36,194 nucleotides of DNA from Cyclobacteriaceae bacterium (GTDB lineage: Bacteria > Bacteroidota > Bacteroidia > Cytophagales > Cyclobacteriaceae), in contig JBGPGZ010000001.1 in the NCBI GenBank assembly GCA_041484175.1, positions 1 to 36,194 on the forward strand. Direction: 5' to 3'. Positions 7,124 to 16,459 of this stretch are shown in pieces. Position 1 is the stretch's first letter. Each line of letters opens with the position of its first letter. Made by a program: the position numbers and the translations under genes. The notes beneath the pieces are model-generated. The model ran no database searches, had not been told where the DNA came from, and was given only the letters and a program-made list of their open reading frames with translations.

Positions 7124-10100
7124 CTATTTCTTTCCCCATCCGCCGCCACCGGGTGTCTTGACAATCAATCGGTCACCGGCGTTTACCTGGGCACTATCCA
7201 TGCCCTTGAGGTGATGAATTTCCCCAGTTGAGCGAATGATAAATTGTTCACCGGTTTTTCCCGGTGAGCCGCCGTTCATGCCGTATGGCTTTTCAATCCT
7301 GTGTTGAGAGAGTATATTCATTTCAAGGGGTTCTTTGAAAAAGATTTCCCGAACGATGCCGTCCCCGCCCCTCCATTTTCCTTTTCCTCCGGATCCTTTT
7401 CGGATCTCAAACTTTTCCAATCGGACAGGATAACGAAGTTCCAGCAATTCAGGGTCCGTGATGCGTGTGTTGGTCATGTGTTGATGAACAGCACTGGAGC
7501 CTTCATGCCCGGGCACCGCACCGGTGCCGCCGGCAATCGTCTCGTAATATCCAAAGCGCTCATTGCCAAACAGCACGTTGTTCATCGTGCCCTGACTGCA
7601 GGCGGCGACCTTGAATGCTTTCAACAGGGTGTCCGTTAAACGTTGACTGACCTCGGTGTTACCACCCACCACAGCGGGGAGGTATCCTTCTTTTGAAAAA
7701 GGCGGATTCAATAGTCCTTCGGGCAAAATCATTTCCACGGATTCCATAAGCCCTTCATTCATCGGGATCGGTTGATTTACCAATATCCGCAACACATACA
7801 ATACGACGCTTTGAACGATCGCTTTCGTGGCATTTAAGTTTCCGGGATGCACACCGGCTGACCCGCTAAAGTCAATTCTCAGTTTTCCTTTTCGGACATT
7901 CATCATCACTTGCAACGGTGAACCGTCATCCAATTTTTCTAACGCGTACCATGAACGGCCCGGCATTTTCATGAGATTTTCACGCAGCAATCTCTCGGCG
8001 TGACTCCTCAGCGACCTCATGTAGTATGCGATCTCCTTGATTCCATGCTTTTCACAAAGTTCGCGAAGGGCCTGTTCACCAAAAAGGATCGCAGCCAATG
8101 CCCCGTTGAGATCAGCAAGATTTTCTTCCAGTAACCGGGTCGGGTACCTCGCGGAGGTAAAGACCTTTGAGATTTCCCCCCATCGAACCATGCCTTGTTT
8201 TACAAGGTACATGGGCGCGATAATCACACCTTCTTCCTCGAGCATGGTTGCATCCGAGGGCATGGAACCCGGTTTTTTTCCTCCGATCTCCGCATGATGT
8301 GCGCGGTTGGCTACATAGCCAACTATCTTCCCTTGATAAAAGACGGGTGCCAACAGTGTGACGTCCGGCAAATGGGAGCCGCCATACCCCGGATGGTTCG
8401 TGATAACAACATCACCTTCTTCAAGCTGAATGACCTTGAGCACCTCGCGAATGCAAACGCCAAGGCTTCCCAAGTGAACAGGAATATGCGGTGCATTGAC
8501 GACCAAATACCCGTGTGCATCAAGCAATGCGCAGGAGAAATCGAGTCGCTCTTTGACATTGACCGAGAAGGAGGTGCGCTGCAGTAAAGCCCCCATCTCC
8601 TGGGCGATCGCCGTAAATCGATTGGTAAATAATTCCAGCAAAGCAACTTCACCCTGAACAATCCTCTTTGCAGCCATCATCCTTTTCCTGTCAACCATTG
8701 CATTATTATTTTCATCAAGCAAGAATGTCCAGCCTTTTTCAACTACGGTTGTTGAGTTGTTACTGACGATCATGGCAGGCCCGTTGATTTCGGCTCCTGC
8801 GCGAAGATCCTCCCAGCGGAAAATAGATGTTGACCCCGATTGTGGATTCACTTTTTGTTTCTTCCGGGGGAGAGGCGAATAGGGAATTGCCGATTTTTCT
8901 TTTTTTGAGGGTGGACGCCCCTTTACACAAACAATGACTTTGGCGGACTCTATTTCTATTTCGCGCGAAGCGAGCCAATGACCAAAGACAGACTCATATT
9001 TCTTCCGAAAAGCGCCGGTTATATTTTCAAGGTCACGCCCGGCTTTAGTGGCTGAAGGGATCAGGGAGGGCCTTCCTTGAACAGGGGTGAGGTCTATTTC
9101 GAGGCTTGATTCCTGTCCATTGAACCTGAGAAAAAGTAGTTCTTTCTGAAGTTTAATTTCACTCCGTAAATAGCCCTCGCACGTTAAATAGTCTTCGCCT
9201 TTTTTCCGGAGGTCGTCCAGTATCGAAGTTAACTCCCCTTCAGCCTTGCGAAATGGTTTTAAGATAAGTTCTTCTTCAAATCGTTCTGTTTCCGCATGGC
9301 CTATTCCATAAGCACTCAACAATCCGGCATCATATGGAACAAGGGCCCGGTTAATACCCAACAGATCGGCCAATGGGCAGGCATGTTGCCCCCCAGCCCC
9401 GCCAAAACAAAGCAACGTGAAATCAGATGGATTGTGACCGCGTTGGATGGAAACTTTTTTGATGGCCTCTGCCATTTTTTCGTTTGCTATCCTCACCAGG
9501 GATTCTAAGACAACCTCGGGTCGGTATTTTTTCCCGCTTGCCTTTTTAACGCGAGCAATGAGTGTCTTCAACTTTTTCTTCGCGTGGTTAAGGTTCAACG
9601 GGATTGCAAAATTTTCCGGATCAATTCGACCCAATAATAAATTTACATCGGTAATCGTGAAAGGACCACCGGCTCCATAACAAGCCGGACCGGGTGATGC
9701 GCCGGCGCTTTCGGGACCAACCGTAAACCGGTAGCCGTCAAAATCACAAATGGAACCACCACCGGCGGCAATCGTTTCTATGGCCAATGAAGGCGAAAGG
9801 ATCTTTTGTTCACCTACTTTTGATTCATAGCGGTAGTCATAGCGCCCGTCGTAGAGCGACACATCGGTGCTTGTTCCGCCCATATCAAATGTGATCAGCT
9901 TTTCTACACCGGAAAGTTTTGCCCTTGTTGCTGCACCCACGATTCCTCCGGCAGGGCCACTGAGCAGGCTGTCTTTAGGATAAAAATGATTTGCGTTGAC
10001 GAGGCCTCCTGCGCTGGTCATAACGGATAGATCCATCCCGGATAACCCGGATCGTATTTTATCCAGATATTGCCCGATCATAGGGGCGAGGTAGGCATTG

Positions 10101-10942
10101 GCTACCGTTGTTTCGGCTCGCGGCAATATTCTTAGCTGCCGGGAGAGCTCATGGGAAGAGGAAATGAAATTGAATCCTGACAATCTAAGTTGTTCGGCTA
10201 ATAATACTTCATGCAATGGATTCTTGTAGCTGTTGAGCAGCGAGATGGCAATAGATTCGACCTTCTTTTTCTGTAGCGCATGAATTATTTTCTTGATATC
10301 CTTTTGCATCAGTTCCTTTAGGATAGCGCCACTCGCCTCTGTGCGCTCGTTCACCTCAATCACAAAATCATAAAGTGGTCTTTCCTTTTGAATGTGCAAC
10401 GCAAACAGATCAGGTCGCTGCTGGCTGCCGATGAGCAAGAGGTCTTTGAATCCTTTGGTAACCAGCAAGGCGGTTCGTGCGCCGGATCGTTCCAGGATGG
10501 CATTGGTACCCAGTGTCGACCCGAGCTTCATTTCAATGCGGGGTAGTGGTTGTGAAAGCGTAGTTTCCGTCAGCAAGCGCGCAGCCAACAGGGGAACTTC
10601 TTCCCGTGAACTTATTTCAACAGGATGCCCCGAAAAATTTTTGGAGAGAGGACGATTCAGGAGAATATGATTTCGCCCCGGGTCCACCGATTTGATCTTT
10701 CGGCTGACCGGTTTTGCTCCGGGAATCGTGAGCGTGAAATCCTTAAAAATATCTTTTTGTACAGGCCAGTGAAGTTGAACCTGAAGGGTTTGCGGGTCAG
10801 GTTGAGAAATGATCTTACCCCTCAAAACCCCGCTGCTTAACACTTTTAATCGCCTGAACTGTCCGTGTGGATCAATGGCAATGCAATCGGTGAATGTACC
10901 ACCGGTGTCCATCCATATTTTCCAGGAGGGAAGCATTTTCAC
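7124..10942 (-). CDS. ATP-dependent 5-oxoprolinase/hydantoinase family protein (fused A+B domains)
   Basis: DTGGTFTD, SGPAGG, FDMGGTSTDVS, FGGAGGQHAC, SVNVKERLDFSCA, HIPVHLGS, HMTNTRITDPE, TPGGGGWG. Start is GTG 10942 or ATG 10936. Confidence 0.9.
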   Translation of the reverse strand: MKMLPSWKIWMDTGGTFTDCIAIDPHGQFRRLKVLSSGVLRGKIISQPDPQTLQVQLHWPVQKDIFKDFTLTIPGAKPVSRKIKSVDPGRNHILLNRPLSKNFSGHPVEISSREEVPLLAARLLTETTLSQPLPRIEMKLGSTLGTNAILERSGARTALLVTKGFKDLLLIGSQQRPDLFALHIQKERPLYDFVIEVNERTEASGAILKELMQKDIKKIIHALQKKKVESIAISLLNSYKNPLHEVLLAEQLRLSGFNFISSSHELSRQLRILPRAETTVANAYLAPMIGQYLDKIRSGLSGMDLSVMTSAGGLVNANHFYPKDSLLSGPAGGIVGAATRAKLSGVEKLITFDMGGTSTDVSLYDGRYDYRYESKVGEQKILSPSLAIETIAAGGGSICDFDGYRFTVGPESAGASPGPACYGAGGPFTITDVNLLLGRIDPENFAIPLNLNHAKKKLKTLIARVKKASGKKYRPEVVLESLVRIANEKMAEAIKKVSIQRGHNPSDFTLLCFGGAGGQHACPLADLLGINRALVPYDAGLLSAYGIGHAETERFEEELILKPFRKAEGELTSILDDLRKKGEDYLTCEGYLRSEIKLQKELLFLRFNGQESSLEIDLTPVQGRPSLIPSATKAGRDLENITGAFRKKYESVFGHWLASREIEIESAKVIVCVKGRPPSKKEKSAIPYSPLPRKKQKVNPQSGSTSIFRWEDLRAGAEINGPAMIVSNNSTTVVEKGWTFLLDENNNAMVDRKRMMAAKRIVQGEVALLELFTNRFTAIAQEMGALLQRTSFSVNVKERLDFSCALLDAHGYLVVNAPHIPVHLGSLGVCIREVLKVIQLEEGDVVITNHPGYGGSHLPDVTLLAPVFYQGKIVGYVANRAHHAEIGGKKPGSMPSDATMLEEEGVIIAPMYLVKQGMVRWGEISKVFTSARYPTRLLEENLADLNGALAAILFGEQALRELCEKHGIKEIAYYMRSLRSHAERLLRENLMKMPGRSWYALEKLDDGSPLQVMMNVRKGKLRIDFSGSAGVHPGNLNATKAIVQSVVLYVLRILVNQPIPMNEGLMESVEMILPEGLLNPPFSKEGYLPAVVGGNTEVSQRLTDTLLKAFKVAACSQGTMNNVLFGNERFGYYETIAGGTGAVPGHEGSSAVHQHMTNTRITDPELLELRYPVRLEKFEIRKGSGGKGKWRGGDGIVREIFFKEPLEMNILSQHRIEKPYGMNGGSPGKTGEQFIIRSTGEIHHLKGMDSAQVNAGDRLIVKTPGGGGWGKK

Positions 10943-11421
10943 TAATCTTTGATGGATAGTACAACCTGGCTTCTGGACATCCGGATGCCTACAGCGTAGC
11001 TAAACTGCAGCGATCCATCACGCTGCTCTTTCATGACAGGCTTTGTATAGAGAAGCGAATCGGCGCCTAAACGCTGGACATTGTCGTTGAGCTGTACGTG
11101 GCCAGCCCCGGCGGTGTAAGCCTCAACGATTTGTCTCTCGATGTCAAGAAGCATCGAATCGCCTGGTTGGAGCGAAATAATTTTTGCCCGGTAGGCGTAT
11201 TGAAGCGAATCGATTAATTTCTTGTTGGTGAGCGATGATTTTTCAATGATTGCCGCCAATGAGCGTCCCATCGCAAATGCGGCATCCGTCAATTCGGCCT
11301 CGCTCACTTTTTTAATTTCATTAAGCTTCATTCCCTCTCTTAACTTCCTTCTTTGTTCATCGGTGAGCGTACCTCCACAGGCGGTAAGCAGAAGTAGGGA
11401 GAAGAAAATGAGATACTTCAT
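10942..11421 (-). CDS. hypothetical lipoprotein (DUF3365/Tll0287-like, no heme motif)
   Basis: Lipobox LLTA-C; its stop codon overlaps the oxoprolinase GTG by 1 nt. Family resemblance (EAY...DNVQR...DSLLYTKP) is from recall only. Confidence 0.6.
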   Translation of the reverse strand: MKYLIFFSLLLLTACGGTLTDEQRRKLREGMKLNEIKKVSEAELTDAAFAMGRSLAAIIEKSSLTNKKLIDSLQYAYRAKIISLQPGDSMLLDIERQIVEAYTAGAGHVQLNDNVQRLGADSLLYTKPVMKEQRDGSLQFSYAVGIRMSRSQVVLSIKD

Positions 11422-11599
11422 AGGGCTGGCAACAGATTGCTAAGGTAAGGCAATAGGGCAAAAGTGAAAAACCCCATTTATCCTGAAACTATTCATTCAG
11501 TTTGCACCGCCCAACACCCCGTCGCTTTACGGCCCAGGTTTTGCGGGTCTCCCAGGGCAATCCTATGGACATTTCGGGCTTCAGGTGGGGAAGTTTTGC

Positions 11600-11607
11600 T
11601 AACTTTG
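11600..11607 (+). promoter_or_regulatory. Bacteroidota -7 promoter element for prfA
   Basis: TAACTTTG, 17 nt upstream of ATG 11625. Confidence 0.65.
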
Positions 11608-11624
11608 CAGCCTTTGTTAAACCT

Positions 11625-12692
11625 ATGATCGATAAACTGGAAGAAATTAAGATGCGATTTGAAGAGGTCGGGCAACTGTTATCGCAGCCGGCAGTGGTGA
11701 ATGATATGAAGAAATTCACCCAACTCAGCAAGGAGTACCGGGATTTGGAGAAGGTCGTAAAGAAGTATAACGAATATTCCGCTGTCCTTAACAATTTGCA
11801 ACACGCCAAGGAAGTGCTGGAGAAGGAGAAGGACACAGAACTTCGTGAGCTTGCAAAAATGGAACTGGAGGATTTGGCCCCTGCGCGCGACCGGCTTGAC
11901 CTGGAAATCAAGGATCTGCTGATGCCGAAAGACCCGAATGATTACAAGAACTGCATCCTTGAAATACGGGCCGGAACGGGTGGGGACGAAGCGGCCATCT
12001 TTGCCGGCGACCTGTGGCGGATGTATCAACGCTTCTGCGAGCGCAAGGGATTTAAAATGTCGGTGGTGGATGTGACGGAGGGGAGTGCCGGCGGCTACAA
12101 AGAAGTGATCAGCAGTATTGAAGGGGAGGGTGCGTTTGGAATTTTTAAGTATGAGTCGGGTGTCCATCGCGTTCAGCGCGTGCCGGAAACAGAGCAGCAG
12201 GGCCGTGTGCATACCTCGGCGGCCTCCGTGGTGGTCTTGCCTGAGGCCGAAGAGGTGGACGTAGCCATTAATCCTGCCGACCTTGAATACCAAACGGCCC
12301 GGAGCAGTGGTGCCGGTGGACAGAACGTTAACAAAGTGGAAACTAAAGTGCAACTCACGCACAAACCGACAGGCATTGTCATTACATGCCAGGTCGAGCG
12401 TTCGCAGCATGCAAACCGGGAGCGGGCATTGCAGTTGTTACGCACCAGGCTGTATGAAATGGCGGTGGAGAAACAGAACGCCGAAGTGGGCGCGTCTCGC
12501 AAGTCACAAGTGCGCAGCGGTGACCGTTCCGAAAAAATCAGGACCTACAACTATCCGCAAAGTCGCGTGACCGATCACCGCATTGGTTACACACAATACA
12601 ACCTGCCTGCAATCCTGAATGGTGAGATCGATGATTTTATTGAGCAACTGAAGATTGCGGAGAGCGCAGAGCGGATGGTAGAGGGTAAATAA
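11625..12692 (+). CDS. prfA: peptide chain release factor 1
   Basis: [26 protein letters not shown] (PxT motif of RF1), GAGGQNVNK (GGQ), [14 protein letters not shown]. Start moved to ATG 11625 (MIDKLEE). Confidence 0.96.
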   Translation: MIDKLEEIKMRFEEVGQLLSQPAVVNDMKKFTQLSKEYRDLEKVVKKYNEYSAVLNNLQHAKEVLEKEKDTELRELAKMELEDLAPARDRLDLEIKDLLMPKDPNDYKNCILEIRAGTGGDEAAIFAGDLWRMYQRFCERKGFKMSVVDVTEGSAGGYKEVISSIEGEGAFGIFKYESGVHRVQRVPETEQQGRVHTSAASVVVLPEAEEVDVAINPADLEYQTARSSGAGGQNVNKVETKVQLTHKPTGIVITCQVERSQHANRERALQLLRTRLYEMAVEKQNAEVGASRKSQVRSGDRSEKIRTYNYPQSRVTDHRIGYTQYNLPAILNGEIDDFIEQLKIAESAERMVEGK

Positions 12693-13019
12693 TGGTAATC
12701 AGTGATCGGCAATCGGTGGCCGGTCTTTTAATCCTGGACGCCGGGCCCGGGGCCTTAGTCATTGGGCCTTGGTCATTGGGCATTGGCATTTGCGATGTCA
12801 TAGGGGCCTGTCATTCAAATGAGGTTCGCACCACCCATTGAAGACGCAAGAAACCAGTTTTCCGGCGAGACTGCATCTGCCAATGACCAAGGCCTAATGA
12901 CCAATAACGACGATCACTGTGCTTACCGATTACTGATTACCGAGTACTGATTACTGACTACCGATACTACCGATTACCGATTACTGATTACCGATTACTG
13001 ATTACCGGTCACCGATTAC
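12693..13019. repeat. nested inverted heptamer-repeat element between convergent genes
   Basis: Outer arms: TGGTAATCAGTGATCGGCAATCGGTGG (from 12693) and about 14 copies of TTACYGA (12923-13019). Inner arms: TTAGTCATTGGGCCTTGGTCATTGGGCATTGGCA (12755-12788) and TGCCAATGACCAAGGCCTAATGACCAA (12878-12904). Confidence 0.88.
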
Positions 13020-13567
13020 TAATTCTTCTCGTCCTCCTCCGTCTTCTTTAATTCTTCATCCAGAATTTTTTGGATCACCTCCTGCTGACGCTCGTCAATG
13101 GTTTGATTTACTTTCGCCTGTTTTTTCAAAAAACGAAACATGGCATTCTTCTTGATCTCGTAGGCGATGAAAACAGTGTATTTGTTTTCCTTCTTGTTGA
13201 AATATTTTTGCTCTCCAATCTTCCGGAGATCTGAGATATTGGTATTCATCACTTCACGCACCAGACTCTGAAATTTGTCAGCCACATCAGCACCCTTTTC
13301 ATTTTGGGTTTGTCCGAGATATTGGTCCGCAACTTGTTTCATCGTGGTGTTGACTTGACTTGCCAGCAGTGCTTTGGCCTCGATATCAGCCTTACCGCGC
13401 GCAATGTTATCGGCTGAACTTTCACCCTTCCCAGTGCCGCGGAAAAACCGGTTATTGGACTCATACGCAGAACCCCGGAAAGGCTCTTTAACTTTTGAAC
13501 CAAACGGACTGGAGGCGCAAGCGCTCAAAAGGGCAAGTAAGGCAAATGAGATCAGTTTCGTCTTCAT
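13019..13567 (-). CDS. hypothetical lipoprotein (LPP20-like)
   Basis: Lipobox LLSA-C; the FFRGTGKGES...ARGKA...AKALLA pattern resembles LPP20-type lipoproteins. Confidence 0.65.
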   Translation of the reverse strand: MKTKLISFALLALLSACASSPFGSKVKEPFRGSAYESNNRFFRGTGKGESSADNIARGKADIEAKALLASQVNTTMKQVADQYLGQTQNEKGADVADKFQSLVREVMNTNISDLRKIGEQKYFNKKENKYTVFIAYEIKKNAMFRFLKKQAKVNQTIDERQQEVIQKILDEELKKTEEDEKN

Positions 13568-13652
13568 AAGTGGATTTGGTGTTTAAAAGCATTCTATCAG
13601 GATAAAATTAATAAAAACTGTGCCAAAATGCCTTAATCGGTCAGCTGCCATG

Positions 13653-13669
13653 CCGGAAACACTTTCCGG
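13653..13669 (-). terminator. hairpin directly after the methyltransferase stop codon
   Basis: CCGGAAA-cac-TTTCCGG, 7-bp stem; no U-tract follows, so termination function is uncertain. Confidence 0.35.
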
Positions 13670-13671
13670 TG

Positions 13672-14382
13672 CTATGCACGGATTACAAGTTGCCAGCGGA
13701 ATGCCCATTTCCACCGCAAGACGTAATTCGTGATTCCGGATTGCGCCAAAATTGTTTCCAACTCAATTCGCTTGAAGGCCCTGAGAACGGAAAGAGGGGC
13801 ATCTGCCTTTACCATCGCAGACCGTGAAAAAAAACGCGTGAGCAGCCGGATGGAGTGAAAGGCAATCCAATGCCGGTGGATGTCATTGATCACTATGCCT
13901 ATCTCAACTTGACTTTTCAGGGTCCTCAACATATCCACCAGCACTTCGTTCGCAAAGTGATGGGTAAATAAAGTTGCTAAGACGATATCAAATCTCCTTT
14001 TCCTGAATTCTTCTGAAGAAATGTCAAGAGTCTCAAAGGCAACTCCTGGGTAGTCTTTTGAATTCTTCACAGCAAAGGAAATGATGTTGGGATTGGCGTC
14101 AATACCGGTGAGTTTGGTCTTGATATTATTCTTTTCACCCCAATCAGCAATCAGTTTCAAAATAGCACCTCCTCCGCAACCCAAATCGGCGATATGAACA
14201 GGTGTTTCAGGAAGGCGGTTTTTGAGCAGTTGCCGAACGCCATCCATGGTAACATCATTTCCACCTAGCCGGCGATTAATAATATCCAATTCTCTCAGCG
14301 TTTGATCGACGACTTCACCTGCACAGGAGAGGTCGTCCATGATTTCCGGATCCAAAGAACGATGATCAAACCGAGACATCAT
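13672..14382 (-). CDS. class I SAM-dependent methyltransferase (type III PKS-associated)
   Basis: EIMDD...INRRLGG N-terminus, ADLGCGGG motif I, FTHHF, INDIHRH. ATG 14382 overlaps the PKS TGA (TGATG). Confidence 0.88.
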   Translation of the reverse strand: MMSRFDHRSLDPEIMDDLSCAGEVVDQTLRELDIINRRLGGNDVTMDGVRQLLKNRLPETPVHIADLGCGGGAILKLIADWGEKNNIKTKLTGIDANPNIISFAVKNSKDYPGVAFETLDISSEEFRKRRFDIVLATLFTHHFANEVLVDMLRTLKSQVEIGIVINDIHRHWIAFHSIRLLTRFFSRSAMVKADAPLSVLRAFKRIELETILAQSGITNYVLRWKWAFRWQLVIRA

Positions 14383-15485
14383 CAATGATTTTCAATTTTC
14401 AGCAACATGCTTTCGAGCGTAAGCCCCGGACCGAACGCAAAGCACAGAATGCGTTTACCGCCGTCCACGCCGTTCAGGTTCTTGCACAATTCGTTAATCA
14501 CAAAGAGCACCGTGGGTGACGACATGTTGCCGTAATTCTTTAACACCTGGTAGGCATGACGGTTTTGTTCCCTGCTTAGCCCGAGCTCCTCTTCGATCAC
14601 TTCCAGTATTTTCTTCCCGCCCGGATGCATTGCAAAATAAGAGACATCCGAAAGCTTCTGTGAAATGCGCTCCAGCAGCGAAGATGTTAGTTTTTTAATT
14701 CCCCGGCGGATAACGTCAGGAACATAAGACGATAGCTTCATTTCAAAACCCAGGTCGCCCACGGTCCAGGCCATGTCAGGCTCACCCTCAGGGGCAAGGT
14801 CGCAATAGAAACTTTCGGGTCTTAAGTTTAATCCTTGACGGGGAGCAGTCTCCATCAGCAAGGCGGCAGAACCGTCCGCAAAAAGGGCATTGGCCAGCAT
14901 GTTATCCTCACTATTTTCCTTCTGAAAGTGGATGCTGCAAAGTTCGGTACAAACGACCATCACTTTCGCATCCGTCCGGGTCTGACAAAAGGTATCAGCC
15001 AACTTGAGGCCGTTGAAGGCAGCATAGCAGCCCATGAAAGTGATGCAAAGACGTTGAATGTTGGATGACAATCCCAGCGATTTTACAAGGTCGATATCAA
15101 GGCCCGGAGCATACATGCCTGTACAACTCACCACTACAAGATGCGTGAGCGACTTTTTATCAAATTCCGGTCGTTTGGCCAGGCATGACTGGATCGCTTC
15201 CAAACTTATCTTCAATGAATGCTCGCGAAAGAGTTCGAGACGTCTTTTGGTGGATGGAAAAGGTTCCATGTCAGGGCTATTCGAATAGAAATCAAATCCA
15301 TCCTTCTTCCCATAATCTTCCAGTACAGAATAACGCGATTCAATTCCGGTAGCCCGATAGAGCGCCCGCAACTTACGCGCATCCGGTCCATCGAGCTGCA
15401 TGGCGCGTACCATAAACTCGGCGATGGTAGACTGACTTACTTTATTCGGTGGATTGGCCGTGCCGATAGAAGTGATGTAACTCAT
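14382..15485 (-). CDS. type III polyketide synthase (chalcone/stilbene synthase superfamily)
   Basis: Catalytic triad Cys (FMGCYAA), His (MHPGG), Asn (YGNMSSPT); also ELCSIH, ALFADG and FGPGLTLE. Confidence 0.95.
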   Translation of the reverse strand: MSYITSIGTANPPNKVSQSTIAEFMVRAMQLDGPDARKLRALYRATGIESRYSVLEDYGKKDGFDFYSNSPDMEPFPSTKRRLELFREHSLKISLEAIQSCLAKRPEFDKKSLTHLVVVSCTGMYAPGLDIDLVKSLGLSSNIQRLCITFMGCYAAFNGLKLADTFCQTRTDAKVMVVCTELCSIHFQKENSEDNMLANALFADGSAALLMETAPRQGLNLRPESFYCDLAPEGEPDMAWTVGDLGFEMKLSSYVPDVIRRGIKKLTSSLLERISQKLSDVSYFAMHPGGKKILEVIEEELGLSREQNRHAYQVLKNYGNMSSPTVLFVINELCKNLNGVDGGKRILCFAFGPGLTLESMLLKIENH

Positions 15486-15572
15486 TATTCAAGTATAACA
15501 AAAAACTGTACCATATAGATTCCGGGCCTTTGCAAATTCCCTACCTTGAAGATTAAAACGACCTAAATCAAG

Positions 15573-16454
15573 ATGTTCTCGCGTTCAACGTGGCTTCATT
15601 TACGGATTCCGTTCTCCTATTTTTTGATGCCGGTCTATCTTTTCGCGCTGGGAATTTCCCCCAATTTAGATGAAGGCCGCTTGCTTTGGTCGTTTCTGAT
15701 CCTTCATCTGTTTCTTTATCCGGCCAGCAACGCCTATAACAGCTATTTTGACAAAGACGAGAAAAGCATTGGAGGGCTAAAGAATCCTCCGCCGGTGCAC
15801 CGAGGATTGTATTCAATGGCTTTGTTATTTGATGCGATTGCCATTATCCTGGGTTTGATGATGGTCAATGCGCTGTTTGCCTTCATGCTTTTTATTTATG
15901 GGCTGGCTTCCAAAGCCTACAGTCATCCCCGCGTCAGATTAAAGAGATATCCCATTGGTGGATGGCTGGTGGCAGGGTTCTTTCAAGGTTTTTTTACCTT
16001 CCTCATGTCCTATGTCGGAATCAACAATTTTGGAATTGAAGTCACCTTACATGGCAGAGTCCTCATCCCTGCCTTACTAACCAGTATCATGCTGTGGGGC
16101 AATTACCCGATGACCCAGGTATACCAGCATGAAGAGGATGGGCGACATGGAGACCAAACCATGAGCATCCTGCTTGGTATACGCGGAACATTTCTGTTTG
16201 TACAGGCCGTATTTGCCTTGGCTGCAGTCGGATTTGTTCTCTACTTCCGCTCCTATTATTCAATTGACTATGGCTATGGATTTCTGCTGGCGCTTACGCC
16301 CGTCGTACTCTTTTTCCTTTACTGGTTCTATCAGGTGTGGAAGGATGAATCGAAGGCAAATTTTGCAAATACAATGACCCTTAATTTTATATCTGCCACA
16401 TTTCTTAACGCATTCTTTATTTACTTTTTCATAAATGTGAGTCACGCGATTTAG
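15573..16454 (+). CDS. UbiA-family membrane prenyltransferase
   Basis: Polytopic membrane protein with NAYNSYFDKDE (first Asp-rich motif), YSHP.RLK and YQHEEDGRHGDQT (second motif). Confidence 0.85.
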   Translation: MFSRSTWLHLRIPFSYFLMPVYLFALGISPNLDEGRLLWSFLILHLFLYPASNAYNSYFDKDEKSIGGLKNPPPVHRGLYSMALLFDAIAIILGLMMVNALFAFMLFIYGLASKAYSHPRVRLKRYPIGGWLVAGFFQGFFTFLMSYVGINNFGIEVTLHGRVLIPALLTSIMLWGNYPMTQVYQHEEDGRHGDQTMSILLGIRGTFLFVQAVFALAAVGFVLYFRSYYSIDYGYGFLLALTPVVLFFLYWFYQVWKDESKANFANTMTLNFISATFLNAFFIYFFINVSHAI

Positions 16455-16459
16455 TATTC

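Noticed and set aside
11679-12410. 243-aa ORF antisense to prfA, and the many other nested or antisense ORFs in the track
   Set aside because: They lie wholly within well-conserved genes and show no family motifs; best explained as shadow frames.
12923-13019. Possible CRISPR array
   Set aside because: Contiguous 7-bp units with no unique spacers, and no cas genes in the window.
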